From positions 143 through 64,142 of the forward strand of contig CAZFPO010000001.1 in NCBI GenBank assembly GCA_964521105.1: a stretch of DNA of 64,000 bases. The letters are read 5' to 3'. Made by a program: the position numbers and the translations under genes. The notes below the pieces were generated by a model, which saw nothing but the letters and a program-made list of their open reading frames with translations, was not told the origin of the DNA and ran no database searches. Of the stretch, positions 8,793 to 17,824 are shown in pieces (the stretch's first letter is position 1; each line of letters starts with the position of its first letter). The stretch is from an uncultured Lentimicrobiaceae bacterium. Lineage in GTDB: Bacteria > Bacteroidota > Bacteroidia > Bacteroidales > WCHB1-69.

Positions 8793-9659
8793 ATGAAAAA
8801 AATGAACACTTTCTTTGTAATTATTTTATTGATGCTAACTTTTAATCTCAAAAGTCAAAGTGAATGGGCACCAACTGGAGCGGTATGGCATTTTAGTAAG
8901 CCATTACTCGATTATCCAAATGTAGCTTACAATCGTTTTTCTTCAATTGGCGACACCACAATTAACACTCATTCGTGTAAAATTATCGAACAATTTATGC
9001 CCATAGATGCTTACGGAAATTTAGTAAACTATACTACTTATTTATTCACCTATTCGGATAGTAACAGAATTTACATTTTTAAGGATAATACATTTTCTCT
9101 TTTGTATGACTTCAATAAAATCGAGGGTGAATATTGGGTAAATAATCGTGAGAATGATACGATTTTTGTCGATTCAGTTGGGGTGATGGAAATTAATGGT
9201 ATTTCTCTTAAAACTCAATACATTCATAATAGAAACAATTGGTACATTTCTTTTGCAGGTTTAGTGATTGAAAGAATTGGTTGGACTGGATATTTTTATC
9301 CTTTTTCAGGTGAATTTGCACCTCCCGAAGGTGGACCAATTCGCTGTTATCAAGATGACAGCATAAGTTATCAAGTGGTTAATAATTGCGATAGTGTTTC
9401 TTCAGCAATTGGCGAATATTTGCAAGATTACGTTGACCTTAAAATATTTCCAAATCCGACTAAAGATTTTATGAGCGTATTTTTTGGTGAATCCGATGAA
9501 AATTTGATCGAATTGTTTAACTCCAAGGGACAATTGGTTTATAAGCAAATAGTAAAAAACACACACCCTGTTGACATGCAAACTCTTTTGCCTGGAATAT
9601 ACATTTTGAAAGCTTCTAACAAGAAAAATGTTGCGTTTGAACGAATTATAAAATTATAG
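8793..9659 (+). CDS. Secreted protein of unknown function with T9SS C-terminal sorting domain
   Basis: Signal peptide MKKMNTFFVIILLMLTFNLKSQ. C-terminal LKIFPNPTKDFMSV...GIYILKA T9SS tag. The start is taken at the internal Met of the track ORF (8769). Confidence 0.7.
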   Translation: MKKMNTFFVIILLMLTFNLKSQSEWAPTGAVWHFSKPLLDYPNVAYNRFSSIGDTTINTHSCKIIEQFMPIDAYGNLVNYTTYLFTYSDSNRIYIFKDNTFSLLYDFNKIEGEYWVNNRENDTIFVDSVGVMEINGISLKTQYIHNRNNWYISFAGLVIERIGWTGYFYPFSGEFAPPEGGPIRCYQDDSISYQVVNNCDSVSSAIGEYLQDYVDLKIFPNPTKDFMSVFFGESDENLIELFNSKGQLVYKQIVKNTHPVDMQTLLPGIYILKASNKKNVAFERIIKL

Positions 9660-9660
9660 T

Positions 9661-10176
9661 ATGCTACAAAAACTTACCGAAAAGGATATAAAAATTTTAA
9701 AATATGAAAAACGCATTGGTTATGTGTTTTCAGGATTGATACTTTGTTTTGGTGGATTTTTTAACTTGATTTATTTTATTTTGACAAAAGTTAATCCTGA
9801 ATATTTAATGCTTGGTTTGATAAATTTTGGAATTGTTTTATTGAGTTTATTTGTATGTTACTCGATAAATAAAAAAGTAAATCTTGATTTACATCAAAAC
9901 ACCAAACAATTGATTCCGTTTAATATTGTCGAAAAAATCGAGGAGAAATCATACGAAGCAGGAAGTGGTGCTATGTTTATCCCAATTTTAGGAAACCTTT
10001 TTCCTAAATTATGGGGGCAGGAAATGCGCGAAAGTATGAAATATTTTATTGTTTCAGAAAAACGAAAGCATGAAGTTGAAAAAGAAGTGTATGACTACTG
10101 CAAAAAAGGAGATACAATTTTTGTTCATACAGCAGTAAATAGTGAAACTGTTTTAAACTTTTCGAAAGTTGAATAG
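9661..10176 (+). CDS. Small membrane protein, unknown function
   Basis: 171 aa with two predicted TM helices (GYVFSGLILCFGGFFNLIYFIL; LMLGLINFGIVLLSLFVCY). Starts 1 nt after the preceding stop. No recognisable family. Confidence 0.55.
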   Translation: MLQKLTEKDIKILKYEKRIGYVFSGLILCFGGFFNLIYFILTKVNPEYLMLGLINFGIVLLSLFVCYSINKKVNLDLHQNTKQLIPFNIVEKIEEKSYEAGSGAMFIPILGNLFPKLWGQEMRESMKYFIVSEKRKHEVEKEVYDYCKKGDTIFVHTAVNSETVLNFSKVE

Positions 10177-10214
10177 AAGAGAGCCTTAAAAAAATGAATA
10201 TATTTCTCCAATAG

Positions 10215-10234
10215 AGAATCCCAACAGGGATTCT
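10215..10234 (+). terminator. Intrinsic-terminator-like hairpin AGAATCCC-AACA-GGGATTCT
   Basis: Perfect 8-bp stem 39 nt after the stop at 10176, followed by GATTCGTATTTTTTTG. Confidence 0.5.
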
Positions 10235-10275
10235 GATTCGTATTTTTTTGTAAATTAGCAGTCTAATATACAAAT

Positions 10276-11553
10276 ATGAAAGTTTTTAAATTCGGAGGAG
10301 CATCGGTTTGCACCAAGCAAGCGATTGATAATGTTGCAGAAATAATTAAACTGTATAAAAGCGAAAAATTAGTGGTCGTTATTTCGGCTATTGGTAAGTC
10401 AACCAATGCCTTAGAGAAAATTGCCAAAGCATTTTTCTATGATCAAATCGAAACTTTAAATGCTGAATTGAAGCAGTTAAAATCAATTCATGATACATTG
10501 GTAAATGAATTATTTGCCGAAAACAATCAGCTAAAGCTGAGTTATGAACGCTGCATCGGTCATTTAGAAGATTTTTTGCAACGGGAACCCAGCGATAATT
10601 TCGATTATGATTACGATCAAATTGTTTCTTATGGCGAATTACTATCTACAACCATAATTTCGGAATATTTTAATTTTATAGGAATACATAATAAATGGTT
10701 TGATGCTCGCTATTTAATCCGAACCGACAATACCTTTAGGGAAGGTGTTGTTGATTGGGATAAAACACGTCAAAAAATTCAAAAACAAGTTGGTCAGTTT
10801 TTGTTGCTAGATAATGAAAATATCGCCATCACACAAGGATTTATTGGAGCTACCGCCGAACATGCAACCACCACTTTAGGACGTGAAGGCTCCGATTACT
10901 CCGCGGCAATTTTTGCATATTCGCTCAATGCACAAGATGTTACCATCTGGAAAGATGTTCCAGGCTTATTAAATGCCGACCCGAAATTCTATCCCGAAGC
11001 CGTTAAACTCGATGAAATTCCTTACCGTGAAGCCATTGAATTATCGTTTTATGGAGCTTCTGTCATTCACCCAAAAACGATGAAACCTCTTCAAAATAAA
11101 GGTATTCCATTGTATGTGAAATCTTTTGTTCATCCAAAAAAATCTGGGAGCGTCATTTCCGCAAAAACAATTCATAATACCATTCCATGTTATATTTTTA
11201 AACGAAGTCAGGTGTTGATTTCAATTTCACCTAAGGATTTTTCGTTTATTGGCGAAGATAATCTGTCATTGATTTTTGGATTATTTGCCCATTTTGGTGT
11301 GAAAATCAATTTGATGCAAAATTCAGCTTTGAGTTTTTCGGTCTGTGCCGATTACAAACCCGAAAAACTGATTGCATTAATTGATGAGTTAATGACGGAG
11401 TTTACCGTTAAATACAATCTCAACATGGAATTGATAACCATCCGAAATTACGATCAAATAACCATTGATAAAGTATTGCGTAAACGGAAAATATTATTGG
11501 AACAAAAAAACCGATTAACCATTCAAATGGTCGTTTCTGAAAAAGATATTTAA
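10276..11553 (+). CDS. lysC: Aspartate kinase (monofunctional)
   Basis: MKVFKFGGASV N-terminus, amino-acid kinase fold motifs (TTLGREGSDYSAA) and a C-terminal ACT-like region. Confidence 0.9.
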   Translation: MKVFKFGGASVCTKQAIDNVAEIIKLYKSEKLVVVISAIGKSTNALEKIAKAFFYDQIETLNAELKQLKSIHDTLVNELFAENNQLKLSYERCIGHLEDFLQREPSDNFDYDYDQIVSYGELLSTTIISEYFNFIGIHNKWFDARYLIRTDNTFREGVVDWDKTRQKIQKQVGQFLLLDNENIAITQGFIGATAEHATTTLGREGSDYSAAIFAYSLNAQDVTIWKDVPGLLNADPKFYPEAVKLDEIPYREAIELSFYGASVIHPKTMKPLQNKGIPLYVKSFVHPKKSGSVISAKTIHNTIPCYIFKRSQVLISISPKDFSFIGEDNLSLIFGLFAHFGVKINLMQNSALSFSVCADYKPEKLIALIDELMTEFTVKYNLNMELITIRNYDQITIDKVLRKRKILLEQKNRLTIQMVVSEKDI

Positions 11554-11561
11554 CTCCTAAG

Positions 11562-12767
11562 ATGTTTAAAAAAACAATTTTTAAAAAAATACTTCTGAGT
11601 TTGTTGGTTTTTATTAATACCACTGCATTCATTGTTTTTTTGAAATATGGTGTTGTCTTTATTGCTTTTTATCCTGCACTTTTATTGTTGCTTTTTGTTT
11701 TTCTGAAAGTCGTTTTAAAGTGGTTTTTTAAAAATAAAAACGATGCTTTCAAATCGAACATTACCTTAGCTTTGGCTTCAATTTTTATAGTATTATTTGT
11801 TGCCGAAACGGCATTACGTTTTGTAAAAACCTATAAAGATGTTTCGGAAAGAGAGTTGACTTATGTATACAAATCTACCCATGTTAAGTTGTCAAACGGA
11901 TGGTATCAAGTGTGGAATAAAGATCATTATTTAGGAGATGGAGAACGATTTAACCATTTCAGAAAAATCAACAGCGAAGGGTTATCCGATGTTGAGTGTC
12001 CGCTGGTAAAGTCCAATAATGAAATACGAATTTTAGGTATTGGAGATAGTTTTACCGAAGGTCATGGAGCAGACGCTGATTCAACATGGTTAAAGTTTTT
12101 AGAGCGGAAAATGAAATTGGATACTAATCAATCGGTTAATTTAAGATTCATAAATGCCGGAGTTTGTGGTAGTGACCCATTTTTTGAATATGTGTTATTG
12201 AGAGACAAACTTTTGAAATACAAACCCGACATTGCCATTTTTCAATTCTGCGAGAACGATATTTCCGATGTAATTTCAAGAGGAGGAATGGATCGACTTA
12301 ACGAAGATGGGAGTGTTAGTTACTGCAAAAGACCATCAGTTACAGAATTTTTATTTGCTTCTTCTTATGTTTTACGACTTATTAATCCAACATTTTTTGC
12401 TTTTGTTGATGAACCCAAAGCGAGTGAGATTGAGTTTGCTTTTCAGGAATTTAACCAATTTTTAAAATTATTAAACGAGTTTGCTTTAAAAAATAATATT
12501 AAAACATATCTCTGTTTTTTACCAGTACGATTCATTAAACCTTCAAATGGTGAAGCCGAATTTTATCAAAAAATCGATAATAAATACCCCCATTTGGTTC
12601 CAATTTCTTTTCTTACATATCTTCAAAATAATAATTGGCTATTAAATGATAAATTTCGAAAAAATTGCTACTGGGAAAACGACGGTCATTACAATGCAAA
12701 AGGTTACAAACTCTTATCCGATGCAATTTATGAGGTTGTAAAAAATGATTCTTTATTTCAAAAATGA
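11562..12767 (+). CDS. Membrane-anchored SGNH/GDSL hydrolase family protein
   Basis: N-terminal TM helices. Block I GIGDSFTEGHG and a C-terminal DGHYN (block V-like) are typical of SGNH hydrolases. Confidence 0.7.
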   Translation: MFKKTIFKKILLSLLVFINTTAFIVFLKYGVVFIAFYPALLLLLFVFLKVVLKWFFKNKNDAFKSNITLALASIFIVLFVAETALRFVKTYKDVSERELTYVYKSTHVKLSNGWYQVWNKDHYLGDGERFNHFRKINSEGLSDVECPLVKSNNEIRILGIGDSFTEGHGADADSTWLKFLERKMKLDTNQSVNLRFINAGVCGSDPFFEYVLLRDKLLKYKPDIAIFQFCENDISDVISRGGMDRLNEDGSVSYCKRPSVTEFLFASSYVLRLINPTFFAFVDEPKASEIEFAFQEFNQFLKLLNEFALKNNIKTYLCFLPVRFIKPSNGEAEFYQKIDNKYPHLVPISFLTYLQNNNWLLNDKFRKNCYWENDGHYNAKGYKLLSDAIYEVVKNDSLFQK

Positions 12768-12892
12768 TGAATAAACAATCAGTTATTTCAATTTCAATAT
12801 CAAAAAAATCAATGAAGCTTTGCTTAACAAAAGTAAAGCTTTACTGTTTGTTTTTTTAATAATAAACAAAAAAGATTTTTAATAAGTAATCT

Positions 12893-13246
12893 ATGGATCA
12901 TCTCGACTATATTAGTTTCAATCAATTAATTACCGACATTGACAACGAAAAATCTGAAAGAAAATACAAAGGTGAAATGCCCTGTATTATTGACTTTTAC
13001 ACAACTTGGTGTCAGCCTTGTAAAGATATTGACCAATGGTTGCACAAAATTCATGATGAGTTTGAAGGGAAAATCAAAATTTACAAAATTGATTGTGAAA
13101 AAGAAAAAGCTCTAGCCGAAAAGCTCAATATTTGCAGCTATCCTCATTTAATGTTTATGAAAAGCAATGAGTTGCCAAAATCATTAATCGGTTTATATCC
13201 TTATCAATATATACGCGAAGTAGTGTATTCGGAATTGTTAGAGTAA
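12893..13246 (+). CDS. Thioredoxin-fold protein (WCQPC active site)
   Basis: 117 aa. IIDFYTTWCQPCKDI...YKIDCEKEKALAEKLNICSYPHLMF matches the thioredoxin family layout. Confidence 0.7.
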   Translation: MDHLDYISFNQLITDIDNEKSERKYKGEMPCIIDFYTTWCQPCKDIDQWLHKIHDEFEGKIKIYKIDCEKEKALAEKLNICSYPHLMFMKSNELPKSLIGLYPYQYIREVVYSELLE

Positions 13247-13247
13247 T

Positions 13248-14609
13248 TTATTTTGAAATAATAATTTTACCATTTAGAATAGTATCATCCGTGGTCATTC
13301 GATAAAAATATAATCCGTTATTTAAATAAATATTTAGCTTAGCAGTTTTTTGTATAAAATCTGAACTAACCAATTTCCCATTTATGTCATAAATTTCAAA
13401 TTTGAAATCATGATCATTCTCCAACCATAGGTAGTCACTAGCCGGATTGGGGTATATTTTAAAATGATTATTGGATGAATAATTATCAATAGATATGATT
13501 TGACCGGAGTAATAAAACACGGTAGTATCTCGTACAAACCAAGAATTGTTTGTCCATTTACTCATAGTATAGTAATCAATCTTATGATTAAAACCAATAG
13601 ATTGGTTGAGATAAATTATTGATATATTCGACAACATGATGTATTCTAACAATTGACTTGTAGTATAGTTATAATCAAAAAACAGTTCATATTTAGTAGT
13701 ATTATCCCATTGTGAAGTATTTTGATTCCATGTTTGATATGTTTTTCTAATAAGGTTATTGTAAGTGTCGTATTCGTTAATAGATTTATTGCTTTCAACC
13801 CAATTGTTATTAATCCAGTTATATGCTATAATGCTTGTTACCAAACTGTCATTCAGATATGCTTCCACAATTTTTCCGGAAAGTATCCATGAACTTGTTG
13901 TGCTGTCGTATTGATAATTTAAAGATTCTCGTGTGTTTAAATTAATATCATAGAGGACCCTATTTAATGTATCCCAACCCAATGAAGTTGTATTATAGTT
14001 GAAAAATGTAGTTTGTTTTTCTTTATTATTATCATCATATAAAATTTCATGTTTTGAGCCATTAATTATATCTGTTGGTGTTTGCCACATCCAGGATATA
14101 TTCATTTTTGAAAATAATAATGATTCGTCATTAAAAATTTGTTTTCCTATTCCCATCCCGTACCACTGACTAGAGTTAGCGTCATAGTGAAATGAATAAG
14201 TTGAATCAACATCGCCTGAATCATAATAGGTCATGGTTTGCTTATTGCACTGATTATTATTTGGTAAATAGGTGCAGTATTGATACTCATTTATAGAGCT
14301 ATTATCATTAAAAGTTAATTTACTTAAATGATAATAATTCCAATTCAACATACTATCGTCCCATGAATATACTTTTACAATATCATTCCGAAACAAAGAG
14401 TCGTATAAATATTCATTTTTTGAATCAAACTCAAACAGCTGAGAATAAGAGTTATACTTTTTCGTAATGATTGAATCGAGCTTTTTATAAAATGTTTTTA
14501 TTGTGTTATCGTTATTGTTTTTTGTGAAAGGTTTGACTATTTCTACGTTTTGCCCTAGTATATATGAGGACAAGCATAGGAAAGAAATTAGTAAGTATGT
14601 TTTTCTCAT
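13248..14609 (-). CDS. Secreted repeat-rich protein of unknown function with T9SS C-terminal sorting domain
   Basis: Signal peptide from the internal Met (MRKTYLLISFLCLSSYILGQ), many W/Y/N-rich repeats, and C-terminal FKIYPNPASDYLWL...GLYFYRM T9SS tag. Confidence 0.7.
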   Translation of the reverse strand: MRKTYLLISFLCLSSYILGQNVEIVKPFTKNNNDNTIKTFYKKLDSIITKKYNSYSQLFEFDSKNEYLYDSLFRNDIVKVYSWDDSMLNWNYYHLSKLTFNDNSSINEYQYCTYLPNNNQCNKQTMTYYDSGDVDSTYSFHYDANSSQWYGMGIGKQIFNDESLLFSKMNISWMWQTPTDIINGSKHEILYDDNNKEKQTTFFNYNTTSLGWDTLNRVLYDINLNTRESLNYQYDSTTSSWILSGKIVEAYLNDSLVTSIIAYNWINNNWVESNKSINEYDTYNNLIRKTYQTWNQNTSQWDNTTKYELFFDYNYTTSQLLEYIMLSNISIIYLNQSIGFNHKIDYYTMSKWTNNSWFVRDTTVFYYSGQIISIDNYSSNNHFKIYPNPASDYLWLENDHDFKFEIYDINGKLVSSDFIQKTAKLNIYLNNGLYFYRMTTDDTILNGKIIISK

Positions 14610-14845
14610 GCTATTTAGATTTATGATTAAAGAAACAAATGTATGATAAAAAATACTATTTGTCAAGTATTTTTCAATATTTAATTTTTATTCATGTTGT
14701 TTTAATCTATACTTTGCTTAATATTTCTTACAGTGATGCTGTAATTAGATTGAATTTGAGGCTATTCGCTTCTCAATGGCAATAGATCATATTAATAACA
14801 GATGTGAACAACACGATTGCCGTTTTTTATACAAGCCACGCCTTT

Positions 14846-15010
14846 CAAGCAGCTTTCAACCTTCCAACCTGTCTGCCGATTTATCTGCCATGCCTATGGC
14901 AGGTAAACCTTTGGCATGACAAGCAGGCTTTTCAAACTTTCCAACTTTCCAACCTGTCTGCCGACAGGCAGGCTTTCAACTTTCTTACATTCAACTTTCC
15001 ACTTTCCATC
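14846..15010. repeat. Degenerate tandem repeat block (CAAGCAGGCTTTCAAC / TTCCAAC units) with embedded short palindromes
   Basis: An exact 18-nt direct repeat TTCCAACCTGTCTGCCGA lies at 14862-14879 and 14947-14964. Hairpins are CTGCCAT-GCCT-ATGGCAG (14885-14902) and CCTGTC-TGCC-GACAGG (14953-14968). TTTCCAAC/TTTCAAC units are repeated. Confidence 0.6.
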
Positions 15011-15018
15011 TTTTAACT

Positions 15019-15026
15019 TACTTTTG
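15019..15026 (+). promoter_or_regulatory. Candidate -7 box TACTTTTG upstream of the RluA-family gene
   Basis: Matches TAnnTTTG, 13 nt before the ATG at 15040, immediately after the repeat block. Confidence 0.35.
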
Positions 15027-15039
15027 CAAAAAAAAAACG

Positions 15040-15735
15040 ATGTTACTAGTCGAACAAGTTTTATACGAAGACAACCATTTGATTGTGATAAATAAGCGGT
15101 CGGGACAAATTGTGCAAGGCGATAAAACGGGTGATGAGCCATTGTCGGTAATGGTTAAAAATTATCTCAGAGAAAAATATCAAAAACCTGGAAATGTATT
15201 TGTTGGGGTGGTTCACCGTTTGGATAGACCTGTGAGTGGTGTTGTAATATTTGCCAAAACATCAAAGGCATTAACTCGCTTAAACGCGATGATACAGAAT
15301 AGGGAAATTCAAAAAATATATTGGGCAATTGTATTGCAAAAGCCAAAATTAGAATCGGATAAGCTCGTTCATTATTTGATTAAGGATTCGGAAAAAAATA
15401 AATCCAGAGCTCTTCTTGAGCAAAGAGAAGGTTATTTAAAGTCGGTTTTAAACTATCGGCTCATTGCCTCGTCTGAGCGTTATCACATGCTCGAAATTGA
15501 ACTCGAAACAGGACGTCATCATCAAATCAGGGTGCAGTTAAAAGAAATTGGATGTATAATAAAGGGTGATTTAAAATATGGAGCACCACGTTCTAATCCA
15601 GATGGTTCAATTGCGCTTCATGCTCGAAAAATTGCTTTTGAGCATCCTGTTTCAAAAGAAAAAATTGAAATTGTTGCCGATGTTCCTGAAGAAAACCTTT
15701 GGAAAATTTTAATGAACCAAATTAGAAAAAACTAA
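15040..15735 (+). CDS. RluA family pseudouridine synthase
   Basis: Catalytic motif GVVHRLDRPVSGVV and RGRHHQIR-like TGRHHQIRVQL. 231 aa, with no S4 domain. Confidence 0.9.
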   Translation: MLLVEQVLYEDNHLIVINKRSGQIVQGDKTGDEPLSVMVKNYLREKYQKPGNVFVGVVHRLDRPVSGVVIFAKTSKALTRLNAMIQNREIQKIYWAIVLQKPKLESDKLVHYLIKDSEKNKSRALLEQREGYLKSVLNYRLIASSERYHMLEIELETGRHHQIRVQLKEIGCIIKGDLKYGAPRSNPDGSIALHARKIAFEHPVSKEKIEIVADVPEENLWKILMNQIRKN

Positions 15736-15740
15736 GCATT

Positions 15741-16466
15741 TTAGTTTAAATATTTTCTATCCCAAACATTAAACTTTAAAATGCACCAGATGGCTCTAAA
15801 ACCGTCTTTCCAGCCAATTTTTTTTCCTTCTTCGTAGGTTCTGCCATAATAGGAAATACCAACTTCATAAATTCTAATATTTTTAATTTTTGAAATTTTA
15901 GCGGTTATTTCGGGTTCAAAGCCAAAACGGTTCTCTTTAAGGAATATTGATTTAATAATTTCAGCACGGAAAATTTTGTAGCAAGTTTCCATATCAGTTA
16001 GGTTCAAATTGGTAAACATATTGGAGAAAAATGTAAGAAATTTATTTCCAATGCTATGCCAAAAAAATAATATTCGATGAGGGTTGCCACCCAAAAATCT
16101 TGAACCGTAAACTACGTCAGCAAATCCGTCGATAATTGGTTTTAAAAGGAGGTTATATTCATTAGGATCGTACTCTAAATCGGCATCTTGAACAATTACT
16201 AAATCACCTGTTGCTAGTTCAATTCCTTTATGAATTGCAGCACCTTTACCCATATTTATCGTTTGTTCATAAAGAGAAATGTTGAAATCTGGGTGATTAT
16301 TTATAAAATCATTTGCAATATCAACGGTTTTATCTTTTGAACAATCGTTAACTATAATTATTTCTTTTTGAATATCATGAATTAAATCTACGGAAATTAC
16401 TTTCTCCAAAATGGATACTAGGGTTTTTTCTTCATTATAAGCAGGAATAATTATACTCAGAAGCAT
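15741..16466 (-). CDS. Glycosyltransferase family 2 (polyprenol-phosphate sugar transferase-like)
   Basis: SIIIPAYNEE...VNDCSKD...VQDADLEYDP motifs of GT-A/GT2 enzymes. Confidence 0.85.
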   Translation of the reverse strand: MLLSIIIPAYNEEKTLVSILEKVISVDLIHDIQKEIIIVNDCSKDKTVDIANDFINNHPDFNISLYEQTINMGKGAAIHKGIELATGDLVIVQDADLEYDPNEYNLLLKPIIDGFADVVYGSRFLGGNPHRILFFWHSIGNKFLTFFSNMFTNLNLTDMETCYKIFRAEIIKSIFLKENRFGFEPEITAKISKIKNIRIYEVGISYYGRTYEEGKKIGWKDGFRAIWCILKFNVWDRKYLN

Positions 16467-16481
16467 CTCTCAAATTTTGTA

Positions 16482-17822
16482 TTAATTTTTATATTTTAAC
16501 CATTTCCAAATTTCGCGATAGCTAGGTTTTTTGCCATACATTAGGATTCCAGTTCGATAAATTTTAGCAGCTAACCATGTGGAAGCAATAAAACCAAAAA
16601 TTAAGAGCGACATGGATAAAATAATTTCGTTTATTGGCACACCAAACGGAATTCTAACCATCATAATAATGGGTGAGGTAAAGGGTATGATCGATAGCCA
16701 AAAGGCTATTTGTCCGTTTGGACTATTGGTTACAAATTGAGCCATAATAATTCCAAAAATCAGCGGAGCTGTAATGGGTAAAATAAATTGCTGTGTATCG
16801 GCTTCGTTATCAACCGCCGAACCAATGGCAGCAAAGAATGAGGCATAAAACAAATAACCCCCAATAAAATAAAAAATAAACATTAAAATCATTGTTGTAA
16901 AATCGATTGATTTTATCGATTCAATTATTTTCAGCACTTCGGGATTTTGTACTTTATTCATCGAAGCTTCAACCGCTGGATTTGATTGTGATAGCGATGC
17001 ATTTTGAATAATCGAAGAGTCGGGTTTCGATGAGTTAAAATACTCGGGCATGGTCGTTTTAAAAATGGTAATAATTGCAAAAGTAAATACTACCCAAAGT
17101 AAAAATTGAGTTAACCCCACCAAGGCAATTCCAACAATTTTACCCATCATAAGTTGAAAAGGGCGAATTGAAGATATTATTACTTCAATAATACGGCTTG
17201 TTTTTTCTTCAATTACTCCACGCATTACTAACGAACCAAACATGAATATGAAAAAATAAATGATAATCGACGACAATATTCCTAAAATTGTACTTAACTC
17301 GGTTGAGCTTTCTTTTTCAATGCCATCTTCACCAATTTTTCGTTGCTCAAGCAATATTTTTGTATTTTCATCAATGGCTTTTAGTGAATCGCGATTGATA
17401 TGGTACAATTGGTCCATGAAAAAATTGTCCAAATTGTACTTCATAGTGTTTTGAATGTGCGATTTTACTCCTAAACCTAATTGTTTTTTAGAAAATAGAT
17501 ATGCTCTATTTGGGATGCTGTTTTTTGGAATATATAGTATGCCATCGAAACCTTGTTTTTCGTAGTTTGTTTTTAATGTTTCAATAAATTCATCGGTATA
17601 TCCAAAACTGATATCTGGATTATTTTCAAGTTTATTGTAAAAAATGCCATTTTCGTCAAGAACAACTATTTTACTTCGTTCATCGCTCATTTTTGCTATA
17701 AACACTGGAACAATCATTAATGCAGCCATTAAAACTGGTCCTAAAATAGTCATAATAATAAATGACTTTTTCTTAACTCTGGTTAAATATTCTCGTTTTA
17801 TTATTAATAGTATCTTTCTCAT
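16482..17822 (-). CDS. ABC-2 type transporter permease (NatB-like)
   Basis: 446 aa. An N-terminal TM helix, a large extracytoplasmic loop and a C-terminal cluster of about 5 TM helices. Starts 2 nt after the upstream ABC ATPase gene ends. Confidence 0.8.
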   Translation of the reverse strand: MRKILLIIKREYLTRVKKKSFIIMTILGPVLMAALMIVPVFIAKMSDERSKIVVLDENGIFYNKLENNPDISFGYTDEFIETLKTNYEKQGFDGILYIPKNSIPNRAYLFSKKQLGLGVKSHIQNTMKYNLDNFFMDQLYHINRDSLKAIDENTKILLEQRKIGEDGIEKESSTELSTILGILSSIIIYFFIFMFGSLVMRGVIEEKTSRIIEVIISSIRPFQLMMGKIVGIALVGLTQFLLWVVFTFAIITIFKTTMPEYFNSSKPDSSIIQNASLSQSNPAVEASMNKVQNPEVLKIIESIKSIDFTTMILMFIFYFIGGYLFYASFFAAIGSAVDNEADTQQFILPITAPLIFGIIMAQFVTNSPNGQIAFWLSIIPFTSPIIMMVRIPFGVPINEIILSMSLLIFGFIASTWLAAKIYRTGILMYGKKPSYREIWKWLKYKN

Positions 17823-17824
17823 AA

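Noticed and set aside
10177-10275. Lysine riboswitch (L-box) upstream of lysC
   Set aside because: The spacer is only 99 nt and is largely taken up by a terminator hairpin and AT-rich sequence. It is far too short and lacks the conserved L-box helices.
2232-13248. Convergent gene pairs whose stop codons are 1 nt apart with no terminator (2232/2234 and 13246/13248)
   Set aside because: Compact convergent ends are common in dense bacterial genomes. I noted them but found nothing further to support a special function.
14804-15142. ORFs 14804-15016 (+) and 14894-15142 (-) across the repeat block
   Set aside because: They translate the TTCCAAC/CTGTCTGCC repeats into low-complexity peptides, and the minus ORF also overlaps the start of the rluA-family gene. 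I treat this as non-coding repeat DNA.
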